NCBI GenBank assembly: GCA_002269645.1
Contig: NIVC01000218.1
Coordinates: 444,911-508,910 of the forward strand
Direction of reading: 5' to 3'
Origin: Macrostomum lignano
Taxonomy: Eukaryota
DNA length: 64,000 bases
In this document: positions 45,101 to 56,369 of the stretch, one piece after another
Position numbering within the stretch: position 1 is the stretch's first letter
Layout: every line of letters starts with the position of its first letter
The notes under the pieces: model-generated
Database searches by the model: none
Told to the model about the DNA's origin: nothing
The model's input: the letters and a program-made list of their open reading frames with translations, nothing else
Made by a program: the position numbers and the translations under genes

Positions 45101-48100
45101 CCGATCGCCTGGCCAAGGCTGGCTCGACCGGTTCTTTCACTGGTCCCCTGCCCGTGGCCCCCACCCCCATCGCCGTTGTCACCACTCGGATCAACCAGTG
45201 GGTGGCTTCTAAGCACAGGGAGAGGTGGGCTAACGCACCCGACTGCCGACAATCCCGCGCGGCTGTCCCCTGTCCCTCCTCCGCCCTACGCAGGGCCCTG
45301 CTTGGACTCAACCGCAGGGACATCAGGGCGGTGACCATGGCCCTCTCGGGTCATGGCTGCTTTGCCAGGCAGGCATCGTTACCTCCAGGAGAAAATCCGC
45401 AGTGAGGAATGCCCTTTCTGCCTCTCCGGTGTCGAGAATGCGGAGCACTTCATCTGTGAATGCCCCGCCTTTACTCAGGACAGACTCACCTACCTCGGCC
45501 CAAACCCGGACCTCTCCGACGTTTTCAGGCCCGAGAATCTCTGCCAGCTCGTCCGCTACCTAAGGGCTACCGGGCGAGCGACAATCCACCTCCTGGACTC
45601 TCCGGAGGGGGACCGCGCTGCGGACGCCGGCGCCACCGGAACTCCCTGCGCGACACCGCAGCACTAGCTGCCCGTGGTCGCCAGGGGTTAGCGAAATGGG
45701 CGGCAACGCCTCCTCGCTGTTTCCGGACGCACGGAGCCCCCTGCAGCTAAGTCAAGTAAAGTAAGTTATTGATTAGATGAATTTTTCTGATTGTTTTTTG
45801 TATGTTTGTAATTATCTATTAGCTTATTTCATGGCTTAGTTGGTTGCTTGGTTGTCTAATTTCTTGGTTGCTTGGTTGCTTGGTTGCTTGGTTGCTTGGT
45901 TGCTTGGTTGCTTGGTTGCTTGGTTGCTTGGTTGCTTGGTTGCTTGGTTGCTTGGTTGCTTGGTTGCTTGGTTGTCTTATTGCCTTGTTGCTTGGTTGCT
46001 TGGCTGTCTAATTGCTTGGTTGATGGTTGCTTGGTTACTTGGTTGTTTAATTTCTTGGTAGCTTTGTTGCCTGTTTGTTTGGTTGCTTCGTATTCAGCCT
46101 TAAATAACAGACTTCACGGGCCTGTGACAACCTAAATTAATAAACTTAATCAAGGACCTTATGCGGAACCGAGCATTGTCCAAACGGCAAAAAATAACGA
46201 TTAATACGAGCGTGAAATTCAACAAAGAACTCTTTAGACACGCGTGTAAAAAGTCGACATTCTTGACTGACCAGCTAAGAAACACCGAGCCTCTCACCTG
46301 TCTCTCCAAATTGGCTGCCTCAACGGCCAGATTTGAGCAGACCGGCTGTCCAACGTTGAACGACTGCGGCTCGCACTGGTACCCGCTGCCCCCGACTCCC
46401 CCGCCGCCGCCGCCAGAAACAACTGTTGCAGACTGTACAGCAGCGGGGAACGGAGCCCCAGATGCCATGGACGCCGCAGGATAGGGATCCATGGCCGCAG
46501 CTGGCTGATACTGCTGCTGCTGTTGCGATTGACATCTAAACTGCGGCTGCTGCGGCTGCTGACGTTGCTGCATCAGCGGCTGCTTCCCCGGGTCCGGTAG
46601 TCTCGGTCGCGAGCAGCTGGACGCTGACCGGCCAACGCGCCGACTGACCCCGCCGCCAGTCGGTCCGCCGCTACCACCGTTGAGGCTTCCTCCGCCGCCG
46701 GCGCGCATCTCCGTCAGTAGGCGGACGGCTTCTTCGACCGAGCGGCCAACCGGCATGTCGCTGATGCTGGCCTGGCAGATCCGGCGATCGGGACCGACTA
46801 GGAAAGTTGCTCTGGGGAGGACAGCGACGAGGGGAGAAATTTGGACGATTTTTTGACTACTTGCAGGCCTGTAACACGTATTCTTCTCATCCATCTCAAT
46901 ATCCACTCCGCGTCCCTCTTTTCATGCTTTCTGCAACTTATGGTACATTTCCGCTGCATTCCCAGCCCGATTCTTCAGACTCAGGATTCTACGGGGTTCG
47001 ATTCCCTGCAAATTGACCAAGGACTTGCCATCCAAATTGTCGTTAATGAAGGCCAAAAAAAGTGTACATACCTGACAGTAGGAGATACTTGGGGGGCAAC
47101 TTTACACCATGTGTGTGTGCCTTCATCATTCCCACCTGTACGAGGCCCCAGCATCCTAATATAACAGTATACTTCATCATCCCCACCTGTACGAGGTCCC
47201 AGCATCCTAATATAACAATAGACCTAATCATTCCCACCTGTACGAGGCCCCAGCATCCAAATATAACAGTATACTTCATCATCCCCACCTGTACGAGGCC
47301 CCAGCATCCTAATAACAGTAGACTTCATCATTCCCACCTGTACGAGGCCCCAGCATCCTAATATAACAGTAGACTTCATCATTCCCACCTGTACGAGGCC
47401 CCAGCATCCGGCGCCAGCACTCCGTAGGCCTCGGCAATCTCGTGAGTCCGGTCGCTGAGCAGAACCGGAAATCCGGCGGCCGCCTGTTCGGCAGTCCAAC
47501 CGAGGCCGCGCTCGCTTTTAGGCGCCTTCAGCCAGGCCAGGTGGGTGAAAGCCGAGTCAGTTGAGCAGCAGACTGTGCTGCACTTCAACTGCTCGGTTAG
47601 TTCGGTCCATTTGTCGGCAAATTGTTGCACTTCGGTTGGGCAAACGAATGTGCTGCAGTAAAAGTTGATTTTTTTAATATCAGTTTTATTTCTAGGAATC
47701 AATGACACGTAAGACCAAAATTAAAAAAGCAAATATTAAAATCAATTGGGTTTAAGATTGGACGGACTGGCGTATCAAAATTTAAATTTATAAAACTAAC
47801 CTAGTCGAATCACTTAATCCCAAAACTAGTTGGCCTTCACGTGAAGGCCACGCGGACTTCCGTGAGGCAGAGATGAAAGGCAGGGAAATATGAGCAGGTA
47901 TATCGAATAAAGTTCTGAGACACGGAGAGGAATACCAAAGAGATCTCCAAGACACGGAGATGGAAATCAAGGAGACTTCCAAGAACCGAGATGGAAATCA
48001 AAGAGACTTCCAAGACACCGAGATGGAAATCAAGGAGACTTCCAACACACGGAGATGGAAATCCAGGAGACTTCCAAGACACCGAGATGGAAATCAAGGA

Positions 48101-48539
48101 TACTTCCAAGACACGGAGATGGAACTCAAGGAGACTTCCAAGACACGGAGATGGAAATCCAGGAGACTTCCAAGACACGGAGATGGAAATCAAGGAGACT
48201 TCCAAGACACGGAGATGGAAATCCAGGAGACTTCCAAGACACGGAGATGGAAATCAAGGAGACTTCCAAGACACGGAGATGGAAATCAAGGAGACTTCCA
48301 AGACACCGAGATGGAACCCAAGGAGACTTTAATGTGTACTCTACATGCATCGATTTAAAAGCCTCAACCTTCAAAATAAACAAATGAACTCACAAGTCGG
48401 ATGGATAAAAGACCAGCAGCAGGTACTGAGCGTCTCGCATCGCGTCCTCTAACGTAAAATCGGATACGATTTCGCCATTTTTCACTGCCTGGCTGCGAAA
48501 CGGTGGCGCCAAATCGCCAGGCTGTAGGAAGTGCGACAT
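39134..48539 (-). CDS. Peroxiredoxin (AhpC/Prx1-type) domain fused to a ~340-aa Gly/Gln/Pro-rich, coiled-coil-containing C-terminal extension; 4 exons, ~515 aa
   Basis: Minus-strand exons 48539-48394, 47652-47389, 46811-46298, 39757-39134; all GT-AG and phase-compatible (1548 nt). Splicing rebuilds LVFYPSDFTFVCPTE (peroxidatic C53), [32 protein letters not shown] (catalytic Arg) and [14 protein letters not shown]. Exons 1-3 are high confidence; joining exon 4 is inferred from phase and the acceptor CCCGCAG. Confidence 0.85.
39911..40442. repeat. Left copy of a host-intron direct duplication flanking the LINE (contains (GGTTGCTT)n)
   Basis: GTTATTGATTAGATG...AATACGAGCGT; recurs at 45765-46213. 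Confidence 0.92.
40501..41946 (+). CDS. LINE ORF1 (gag-like/nucleic-acid chaperone), 481 aa
   Basis: Intact ATG-TGA ORF upstream of the endonuclease ORF; basic, low-complexity termini. Function inferred from position. Confidence 0.75.
   Translation: MEYSLTSDTSEAAGAPTEVGTAAQPDIRNTGTPGASQSAGVAGQDSGPQISKKKARSIARYKAFLQRKAEERRNAKAAPPATSEEGAGNSAKPAEEPTSDKGVDPARRSDASAAAEAPGAAGPSRDRTSARVEAPKAVEGSKAGGAGQTTKPKRTYAAMAKRQPALVIQGQETPLTAEQLDLIWRRLDSHLVKMALSRTTIRVQKTKVEDQALYIQPTDSQSGQQLLELLKTFDWGTELENLFIYREDERPRTHRHRAWIPARSCITKADELRHLLVASNPELPANGVVVHETISKPGGDGFTAIHGLSDSWMLRYPDMSIISVGLLQIQLFSFDSDATRPPPPEKRKRAVGGSAGRKRPGKEAPGRHDPSEDVDPVRGKAAKAAATGGRGKGRKPARNTIRSGLTQRAKQLLDTAKAPNRSHPQPSVTTAAPPENRAESENAAQVATSPSTMESIREEPMELEPGAIGEAEEAALLHNSP
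41943..45610 (+). pseudogene. LINE ORF2 (endonuclease-reverse transcriptase-RNase H), disrupted
   Basis: Frameshifting deletion at ~43470 removes the PKSYRP-type motif before ISLTSF; further frameshifts near 44290, 44480, 44700-44750 and 45370. Confidence 0.88.
45765..46213. repeat. Right copy of the host-intron duplication flanking the LINE
   Basis: Same unique sequence as 39911-40442, with a shorter and differently mutated (GGTTGCTT)n tract. Confidence 0.92.
47121..47408. repeat. 51-bp tandem repeat containing the peroxiredoxin exon 2 end and 5' splice site
   Basis: Six copies of CTTCATCATTCCCACCTGTACGAGGCCCCAGCATCC...; on the minus strand GATGCTGGGGCCTCGTACAG|GTGGGA. Confidence 0.92.
47930..48330. 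repeat. 32-bp minisatellite (CCAAGACACGGAGATGGAAATCAAGGAGACTT)n
   Basis: About 12 copies in peroxiredoxin intron 1. Confidence 0.93.
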
Positions 48540-49419
48540 AGTTACACTGCAGCAGAAGATAGTGCCAGCTAAATGAGTTGTTCTCAAATTAAATTGGACG
48601 CGAACGAGCTTAACAAGATGCTACTTGCTTGCTCTCTCGCTTTTAAATTAATATACTAATGGTACTAATGGTAGATTATACACAACAAGGCAAAAGTCTG
48701 TCGACAGGGCAATTAATTTTAGCGCGCTGTCTATGGCCGCTCGCAGAATCTCGTCTGAATGAACTTATTTCTAACATGGGGCTTTGCTTAATTCAGGAAT
48801 ATCCACAGGGAATATCAGTCTTTGGGTTGGATCAGACTTGGGCAAGAATAAACAACGGGGTGTCAGCGACAAGGGAGCAAAAGGTCGCTAAACGAACTAG
48901 GCCCAGACGGCGCCGCGGCGGCGATGGAGAGTACTTATGATGTTAGTACTTTATGTTTTAAATTACAATTACAGCACTTCTCCGGACTTGGGCAAGAATA
49001 AGCAACGCGTGGTGTCGGGGTGTCGGGGTGTCGGGTTGGTGACTCGCTCATCGCCGATCGTGAAGGCAAATGGCATCAAGAAACCAGCATGTGCCGCGTC
49101 AACCTGCGCTTTTTGAGCTAGTCCGCATCGTTTAAGTCTCTGTCGAGAAAATAGCAGATAACTACATGTACATTTCTAGGCCGGGCTGCAGGCAGCCACT
49201 ACTTTAACACTCAGATGCTCACTGAAAGGGCTAGAAGCCCTGAACTCTATATTTATAGCAGTATCGTTATGTACAGCAAGGGGTGGGTTGAAGGCTCAAC
49301 TGAGGGGGTAATTGGCTGACATAAAGTAAGGAGGGTGGAGTACGCGACAGGCGAGAGAATGAGAGGCTTAGAGAAGAATGAGAGACCGACCAATCAGAAG
49401 AAGGAAATGGTGAGAGATC

Positions 49420-49536
<117 letters not shown>

Positions 49537-51759
49537 AACTATATTGATTGAGACAAGGTAAACGAAGAGAGCCAAACAGCAGATGAGAAAAGTGTAAATA
49601 ATCTAGCGACTAGATTGGAAAGTAGCGATTAAGTCTCGGCGTTGCAAAGCAGGACGGTCACGACCCAGCACGGCCATCTGTAACAACACGACGGTACACA
49701 CTGTCGCAGCCAGAGCCGATAATTGTCAGCGTAGCCTAGCGGCTCAGCCTCTCCCGTCGTAACAACGGTAGAACAATAAAGACAGCATAAGACTTTCAAG
49801 CGAGAAAGAATGAAATGCAAATGAAATTATGAAAAAGCAGCTAGAACACAGTAGAAACAGAGTAACATTGATCTATAGTCATTAAAAATTCAGGAGTCAT
49901 AAAATTAAAAATGAAAACATAAATAAAATTCTACGCTACACGAACTGATCAATTGCTATCCCTCTTTTAACCTTAAGGCCTAAACTCACCAATACACATT
50001 TTCCAAAGTTAAAGCCGGTACAGTGGTACTCGACTCGCTTCTAGAAAAGCAATGATTCAAGCAAAGATTTTGCACAGTTTCTAAGAAAAAAAATTACAGT
50101 CTACGACTCTACGTCTACGATGAGGTCTACGCTAAACGAAATTTTAGGGGGGGGGGGGGCTAGTTTCAAATCAGTTAAAAACCAGTCTGAATTTTACCGT
50201 TTCAATGAACGTAGGCTTAATATTAATAGGCCTATGCGCACAATTATCACAGAATACATTAAAAATGAAAGCTAAAAAGCAAGGCCTAGGCCTAGCTAGA
50301 CCTAAGTCTAAGAATTGTATAGGATAGTCCTAACATAGTCATAAATATAAGCCTAATTTTATCATGTTTTTTTAATTAACTTAGTCCAAAGCCTTATGCC
50401 TATGCTCTAGATCTAGGCGTCTAGGCCTATGGCTATGTCTGAATAAAATTTATGCATTGTTAGGCTGCCTTTATAAATATAATATCTGAAGATATATATA
50501 ATATATAATATAAAAATATACTTTGATATTTGTCAACTTTTTAAAGCTCATAGATATTTAGACTGGACCATGGCCAATTTTTCAAGCTGAAGAATGTTGC
50601 AGCTTTCTGCACTGCAGCTTTCTGGTGTTAGATACATTAAAACAAGTTTTAAAGCATAGAATTAGTGCTCAATCAGGCTTAAGTCTCTTAAAAATATTTT
50701 TTATACTAGAAATAGTTGGTAGATTACTTTTCTGGAGTCAAAATAATTTAACAAACAAAACTATAGATAGGCCTAGTTATGTCAATTTTCTTTTATAATT
50801 GAATTACTTACCATTTTAGTATACTTTATTACTACCATTTATTATACTCTCTAGACTAAGGCCTAGTAAATAGTTGATATAGCAATAGACAAAATATGCC
50901 TAGGGGCTAAGGCCATAATAAACCGTCATTTTTATTGAAAAGTCAATTTATAAGATATAAATGATAAGACTAGGCATTTTGCCGAGTTTAAATATTACAA
51001 ATAAAGGCCTATTGTAGTATTGATTGGCCTTTAAAGAAAATATAATATGAAAATGAATAGGGCCTAGCTTAGGCCTATATATCCTTAGCTAAATCTTTGC
51101 CCTTTTAGATTTATTAATAGCTTAGTGTTGATTTAGGTCTATTAATTTATAAGGCTAGCTATGGTCTAAGAATTTTCTAGGCTAGGCCTAGTTATTATAG
51201 CTTTTACTACTTTAGTCTTAGACTATATTTTAAATCTTGAGTAAGCCTAATTTTATTGAAGCCTCACTTTGTCATATAAAATTATTATTTATGTACAAAA
51301 GTTGTTTATTTCTGTTTATTTCTATTTTTTATGGCCACCAACTTGCCTAATTAACTTAACCATCAATGGATAATTAAGTCTAGGCCTAATGATATTGATA
51401 GCAAAGTTGGTTTTAGTAAGTTTCACAGCCAGTGTAAATCAGGCGGGTTGCACATGTATGTTCCAAATTGGCACCTGGGGTTCCAAATTTAGGTTAATCT
51501 TCTATCAATTGTTAAATTTAAGCAATCTGTAAACATAGAGTCTGCAGATTTCTGCAACTTCTGTGAGTCAGAGAGGCAGTCAGAAGTGTAAGCATAGGGC
51601 AGAGATGTTGGTATTTTATTAGATTTTTGACTTTCTGACTGATAGCAGCTGGAATCTCGATTTGGACCCAAAATGCCTAGAATGGCACTGCGATTCTGAT
51701 GTTTACAAACTCAGGATGAAAAGTGTCAATATGTCCTAAAACTACTCTTGCCAATCCAG

Positions 51760-54700
51760 CAAGCGCCAACAACAAAGCGCAAAAAGCCGTCAGCGTCGCC
51801 CTCGCCTTCGTTTCAATCTTCGCCTTCGCCGCAGGCGCAGCAACAGCAGCAGCAGCCGCAGCAGTACATTGGCGTGACCTCCGGCGCCGCGGCGGCTGCA
51901 GCCGCTGCCCAGCAGGAGCGCCAATCATTCGCTCTGCTAAGCGCCGAAACTCTCCGCCTATGGTGCGACTCGGCCGGAGCCCAGCTGGCCAATCGGGACG
52001 CCATGCTCTGCCTGGCCCAGGAGGTCACCTACCAGACTCGGCACCTCATCACCAAGGCTGCCCAACGGATGCGACATTCGGCGCGCAGGCGATTAACTGT
52101 CGACGATGTCGATTCCGCTTGCTTAGCGTCGAAGTCGCCGCGTTTGATTGGTCATCTGGCGCCACCAGCGGAGCTGCTAACCTGCCCGACGCCTGTACGA
52201 CTTCCGGCGGAAGCTGTGGCTGGCGACCCGGACTTGGCTGGTCTTCGCTACCTGCCGGAGACTTGCTTAGATCCGCTGCTGCTGCTGCGCAGAGCTCGGG
52301 TTGGCAGCGCTGATCCGTCAGTATCGGCGCCTCTGTCTATACTGCGCGTGTGCAACTCTTCTACCAACAGTTTGGACTCTGTTAATACTGGCAGTTTAGC
52401 TTCATCTACGGTCACTCTGACCCAGGCTGAAGCTGCCTATAGCGCTGAGATTCGTCGACTCCTACTACTACGTCGTCCGTTAAATAGTCCAATCCAGTCG
52501 GTTTCTTCGTCTTTGAAGCAGCCGCAGCAGCAGCGAGTGAAGCAGCAACCAGGCAATTCTAAGCAGAGTCCGCAGCAGCAGCCGCCATTCCATCACCTGC
52601 TCCGCCACCTTGCCAGCACGGACACTCCCGCCCTCGGCCGGATCCTTTCCCGCCTACTGCAGTTCCTTGGCCGGCTATGTCGTCGATTCGGCCACTCGCC
52701 CGTTCTGCTGTCTCGCTGCCTACGCTGTCTGCAAGCTTGCGCTAGTAATCCTCATCTGACTTGGCCAGCCTCCGAGTTCGCCATCGCTGTTCACCTGCTC
52801 TCCTGCCTGCTGGCCACCACTCCGCCTTGTTCAGTCTGGCGACCAGCCGAGGCTGTCGATCTGCAAGAGGCCGCCGCGACACTTCTAGCAAGACTATCGC
52901 CTAGTCGTGGCAGACAGTCGAATCCGTTGCTTCGTCGGCTGCTGTTATCGTCCGATGGTTCAGCCGCGGCTTCCGGGCTGCAGTCAGCTGCAGAGATGCC
53001 GCCCTTGCTGGACAGAAGCTGGCCAGCTGTGCGCAAGTCGCTGCCTCGCCTGCTGGCGCAATTGACGCCGGCGATTGTCGGCCAGACTGCTGATGTGGAG
53101 TCCGTGGCCTCCGCCGTCAGGCTTCGCTGCAGACTGTTGGCCTATCTGAGGCGATTGTCGATGGAATCTGTTGCCAGGCGCCAGGCTGATAACGAATCGC
53201 TGTCAGATGAAGAGGAAGAAGAGCTTCCGGTTGCTGCCGATGACGTCGAATGCGATTCGGAGAGCTGCCGTGGCGCAGGCGAAGATTGTCGTGATTGGCG
53301 CTTGGCCGCTAGCGTGTACAGCGCGTTGGCATCGAGCGACGGGTTCGCTTCGATGCTCGACCTGCCGCTCTATCAGTTTCGCAGACTCTGCGCTGCTTCA
53401 TCAGTGAACTTCGGCCTGATGTCGCAACAGCGACAACTTCAGCAGGGCCCGGATCTGCTCAGCTCTGTTGCCGCAGCTGATAGCATCGCCGAGAATGTTG
53501 ACGGCCTGTTGATGCTGTTGGAGCAGCAACAGCAGCAGCAGCAGTTTCTGCAGGAGCAGCACCTGAGCCAGGCTCTACTGCCGATCGATATTGGCGCAGA
53601 TGTCGATGTGATCAGTCCAGAAGCTGCTTGCTCGCCGAACTCTCGACCGCCAGTGCTGGAGCCGGCGATGCCTCAGCTGGGCCTGATGCAGGACGACCCG
53701 GTGCCCTCCCAGCTGCCTCTGCTAAGAGACGATGATGATGTCGTTGAAAGTCGAGGCGATTTACCAGTGCCGGACTCCGATGTCAGCTGCATGGCGGACC
53801 TGCTTAATTTCGGAGGTTTGTCCGCATTTTTATAAATATTTTGTCTAAATATGCACTTAGTATGCTTAAACAAGTACTTTTACTGCGTCTAGGTATGTAC
53901 TTTTGCAGTGTCAGGACTACAGAACATGCATTTTTAATCTGTCTAGATATGTAGTTTTGTTGTGTCAGGACATTTAGTTTTTTTGTGTCAGGACATGTAG
54001 TTTTTTTGTGTCAGGACATGTAGTTTTTTGTGTCAGGACATGTAGTGCTGTGTCAGGACATGTAGTTTTGTTGTGTCAGGACATGTAGTGCTGTGTCAGG
54101 ACATGTAGTTTTGTTGTGTCAGGACATGTAGTGCTGTGTCAGGACATGTAGTTTTGTTGGGTCAGGATATGCAGTTTTGTTGTGTCAGGACATGTAGTTT
54201 GTTGTCTCAGGACATTTAGTGTTGTGTCAGGACTTGTACTCGTAGTTTTAAAGTGTTGAAGGCAGTTTTTACATTTCACATAAAAGTTATAGTGTAACTT
54301 TTCTCTCTATACTACTTACTATCCGCAGTAGTAGAGCAGTAGTGACACAAATGAACATCTATTCCCAATTTTGCAGCTCTGTCAGCCGACCAGTGCTCGG
54401 AGGCCTCCACGTTGCCCGCCATCAGCGACCGTCCGCTAACGCCGCCTCTGGCATCGGAGGAGCCGCCTCTGCGGCTGGCTGCCGAAGCGTCGCCGCCGCA
54501 GCAGCAGCAACAGCAAAAGCAGAAGCAGACACAGCAGCCGCCAATGTTTGAATTAATCTCTCCGCCTCTTCCACAGCCGCCGGCGCCTCATCCTCAGCCT
54601 CAACCGCCGCCTCCGCCCTTGTTCAGCATCGACACCGACGATCTGGAAGTATTCGATTATCCTAGTAGAAGACCGTTGCAACGTCAGAAACGAATTGTTA

Positions 54701-54981
54701 TTCGATTATTGTCGAATAACTCTGGCGCTAAAATGCCTACTCATACTACTCATAGTGGCGAGTCAAGTGCCTTGCCTAATTGTCAGCAGCCTGCGGCTGG
54801 CACCGAGTCGTCAGAGTTCTATCGATTGTTTCAGCAGTTGAAATGGCGATTCGGCTGGGGCATCGGCCGGGCCGCCGTGGCGTCGGTTAGTCGCGGCGGC
54901 ATTGCAGGGGCTTTCAATAGCGGAATTCCCGGAGACAGCGACCTCGTGGCAGTGTTGCCGGATTTTGCCTACCCATTGTGA
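51760..54981 (+). CDS. TAF6L: TAF6-like RNA polymerase II/SAGA subunit (TAF6L-like), 5' end not located
   Basis: Large exon 51760-53815 (acceptor CCAG; donor G|GTTTGT) plus a probable phase-1 exon 54377-54981. H4-like histone fold (SAETLRLWCDSAG...LAQEVTYQTRHL...MRHSARRRLTVDDV) and a TAF6 C-terminal helical region (LSRCLRCLQACASNPHL). TAF6L rather than TAF6 is my judgement from remembered sequences. Confidence 0.75.
53960..54232. repeat. ~23-26 bp minisatellite (TGTGTCAGGACATGTAGTTTT)n
   Basis: About 11 copies in the putative last TAF6L intron. Confidence 0.88.
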
Positions 54982-55074
54982 CGCTTCTCGTTTGTTTCGG
55001 TTATTTATTTTATGCCCAGCTTGTTGGTTGTAATTTTTGTTAAAGTTTTATTAAATTCTCAAGTTCCAAATTGC

Positions 55075-55545
55075 TGGAAGGTTCCAAACTAAATGGTTCT
55101 AAACCGGAAGGTTCCAAACCGGAAGGTTCCAAACCGGAAGGTTCCAAACCGGAAGGTTCCAAACCGGAAGGTTCCAAACCGGAAGGTTCCAAACCGGAAG
55201 GTTCCAAACCGGAAGGTTCCAAACCGGAAGGTTCCAAACCGGAAGGTTCCAAACCGGAAGGTTCCAAACCGGAAGGTTCCAAACCGGAAGGTTCCAAACC
55301 GGAAGGTTCCAAACCGGAAGGTTCCAAACCGGAAGGTTCCAAACCGGAAGGTTCCAAACCGGAAGGTTCCAAACCGGAAGGTTCCAAACCGGAAGGTTCC
55401 AAACCGGAAGGTTCCAAACCGGAAGGTTCCAAACCGGAAGGTTCCAAACCGGAAGGTTCCAACCGGTTCCAAACCGGAAGGTTCCAAACCGGAAGGTTCC
55501 AAACCGGATGGTTCCAAACCGGAAGGTTCCAAACCGGTTCCAAAC
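55075..55545. repeat. Perfect 15-bp minisatellite (AAACCGGAAGGTTCC)n
   Basis: About 30 copies; open in all frames, giving artefactual ORFs. Confidence 0.97.
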
Positions 55546-56221
55546 CGAAGAAACCGGAATTAAAACCAAAAAATTTAAAGATTAATTCCGTACAAAACCA
55601 AGCCACATTATGTTTCCTGTGAATGGATCCGCCAACGCCTACTGACGGCCGCCAACGCCTACTGACGGCAGCATTTTCCTGTTCGCTTCAGCTAACTCGC
55701 TTTCTTACTTACCTGATTCGCTCATTGACAAAAATACAAAGCCTAATTATAAGCAGAATTTCATTTCAAGCTTGTAAATGAGTATTAACTATTCATATAA
55801 TATTTAACGATAGGTTTTTAAATCTTTGTTTTTTCTTCTAACTTCGCAATTTTAGATGAAGTACCGCGATATAGTGCGGTTTGGTTCGGCCTATATAATA
55901 TATGGGTCAATATTTCTGACAGCAATAATCATAAATACCAGATTTATCTGGAGAGGATTTTGGTGGGAGCGTAGAAATAATCAAATTTGTTGCTTTCAAT
56001 CGCCCTGTGCGGTCGGGTTTACAGTCTAAACACGGTGCTTTTAATGAGTGTCTTGAGTTTATCGGTCTTGGCTAGCTTTGGCTTGTCGGAATGTCATTAA
56101 TCTTGATGTCTGAATTTGCACCTGTACTGTAAATACGAGGTTGATAGATGCGTTTTCAAGTTTAAATAGGCTGGTATAGACTGGTAGAAACACGACTGTG
56201 CTTGCTCGGTGTAAAGATAAA

Positions 56222-56336
56222 TTGATAGATGGGTAGGTAGATAGATAGGTAGATAGATAGATAGATAGGTAGGTAGATAGATAGATGGGTAGATAGATAG
56301 ATAGATAGGTAGGTAGGTAGATAGATAGATAGATAC

Positions 56337-56369
<33 letters not shown>

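Larger units (their letters stand above)
40443..45764 (+). mobile_element. Full-length but defective non-LTR retrotransposon (R1/LOA/I group; APE-RT-RNase H-CCHC), antisense in peroxiredoxin intron 3
   Basis: ORF1 40501-41946; ORF2 fragments with APE ([27 protein letters not shown]), RT ([28 protein letters not shown]), RNase H ([24 protein letters not shown]) and CPFC...HFICEC; 3' tail TAAGTCAAGTAAAGTAAG. Confidence 0.93.

Noticed and set aside
44280-45400. Programmed frameshifts in LINE ORF2
   Set aside because: At least two (near 44290 and 44480) are 1-bp losses in C runs, so decay or long-read error is more likely. The larger deletion at ~43470 shows the copy is defective anyway.
39911-46213. 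LTR retrotransposon (direct repeats read as LTRs)
   Set aside because: The internal ORFs are APE endonuclease plus non-LTR RT (YADD), with no protease or integrase. The repeats lack TG...CA ends, PBS and PPT, and consist of host intron with a microsatellite.
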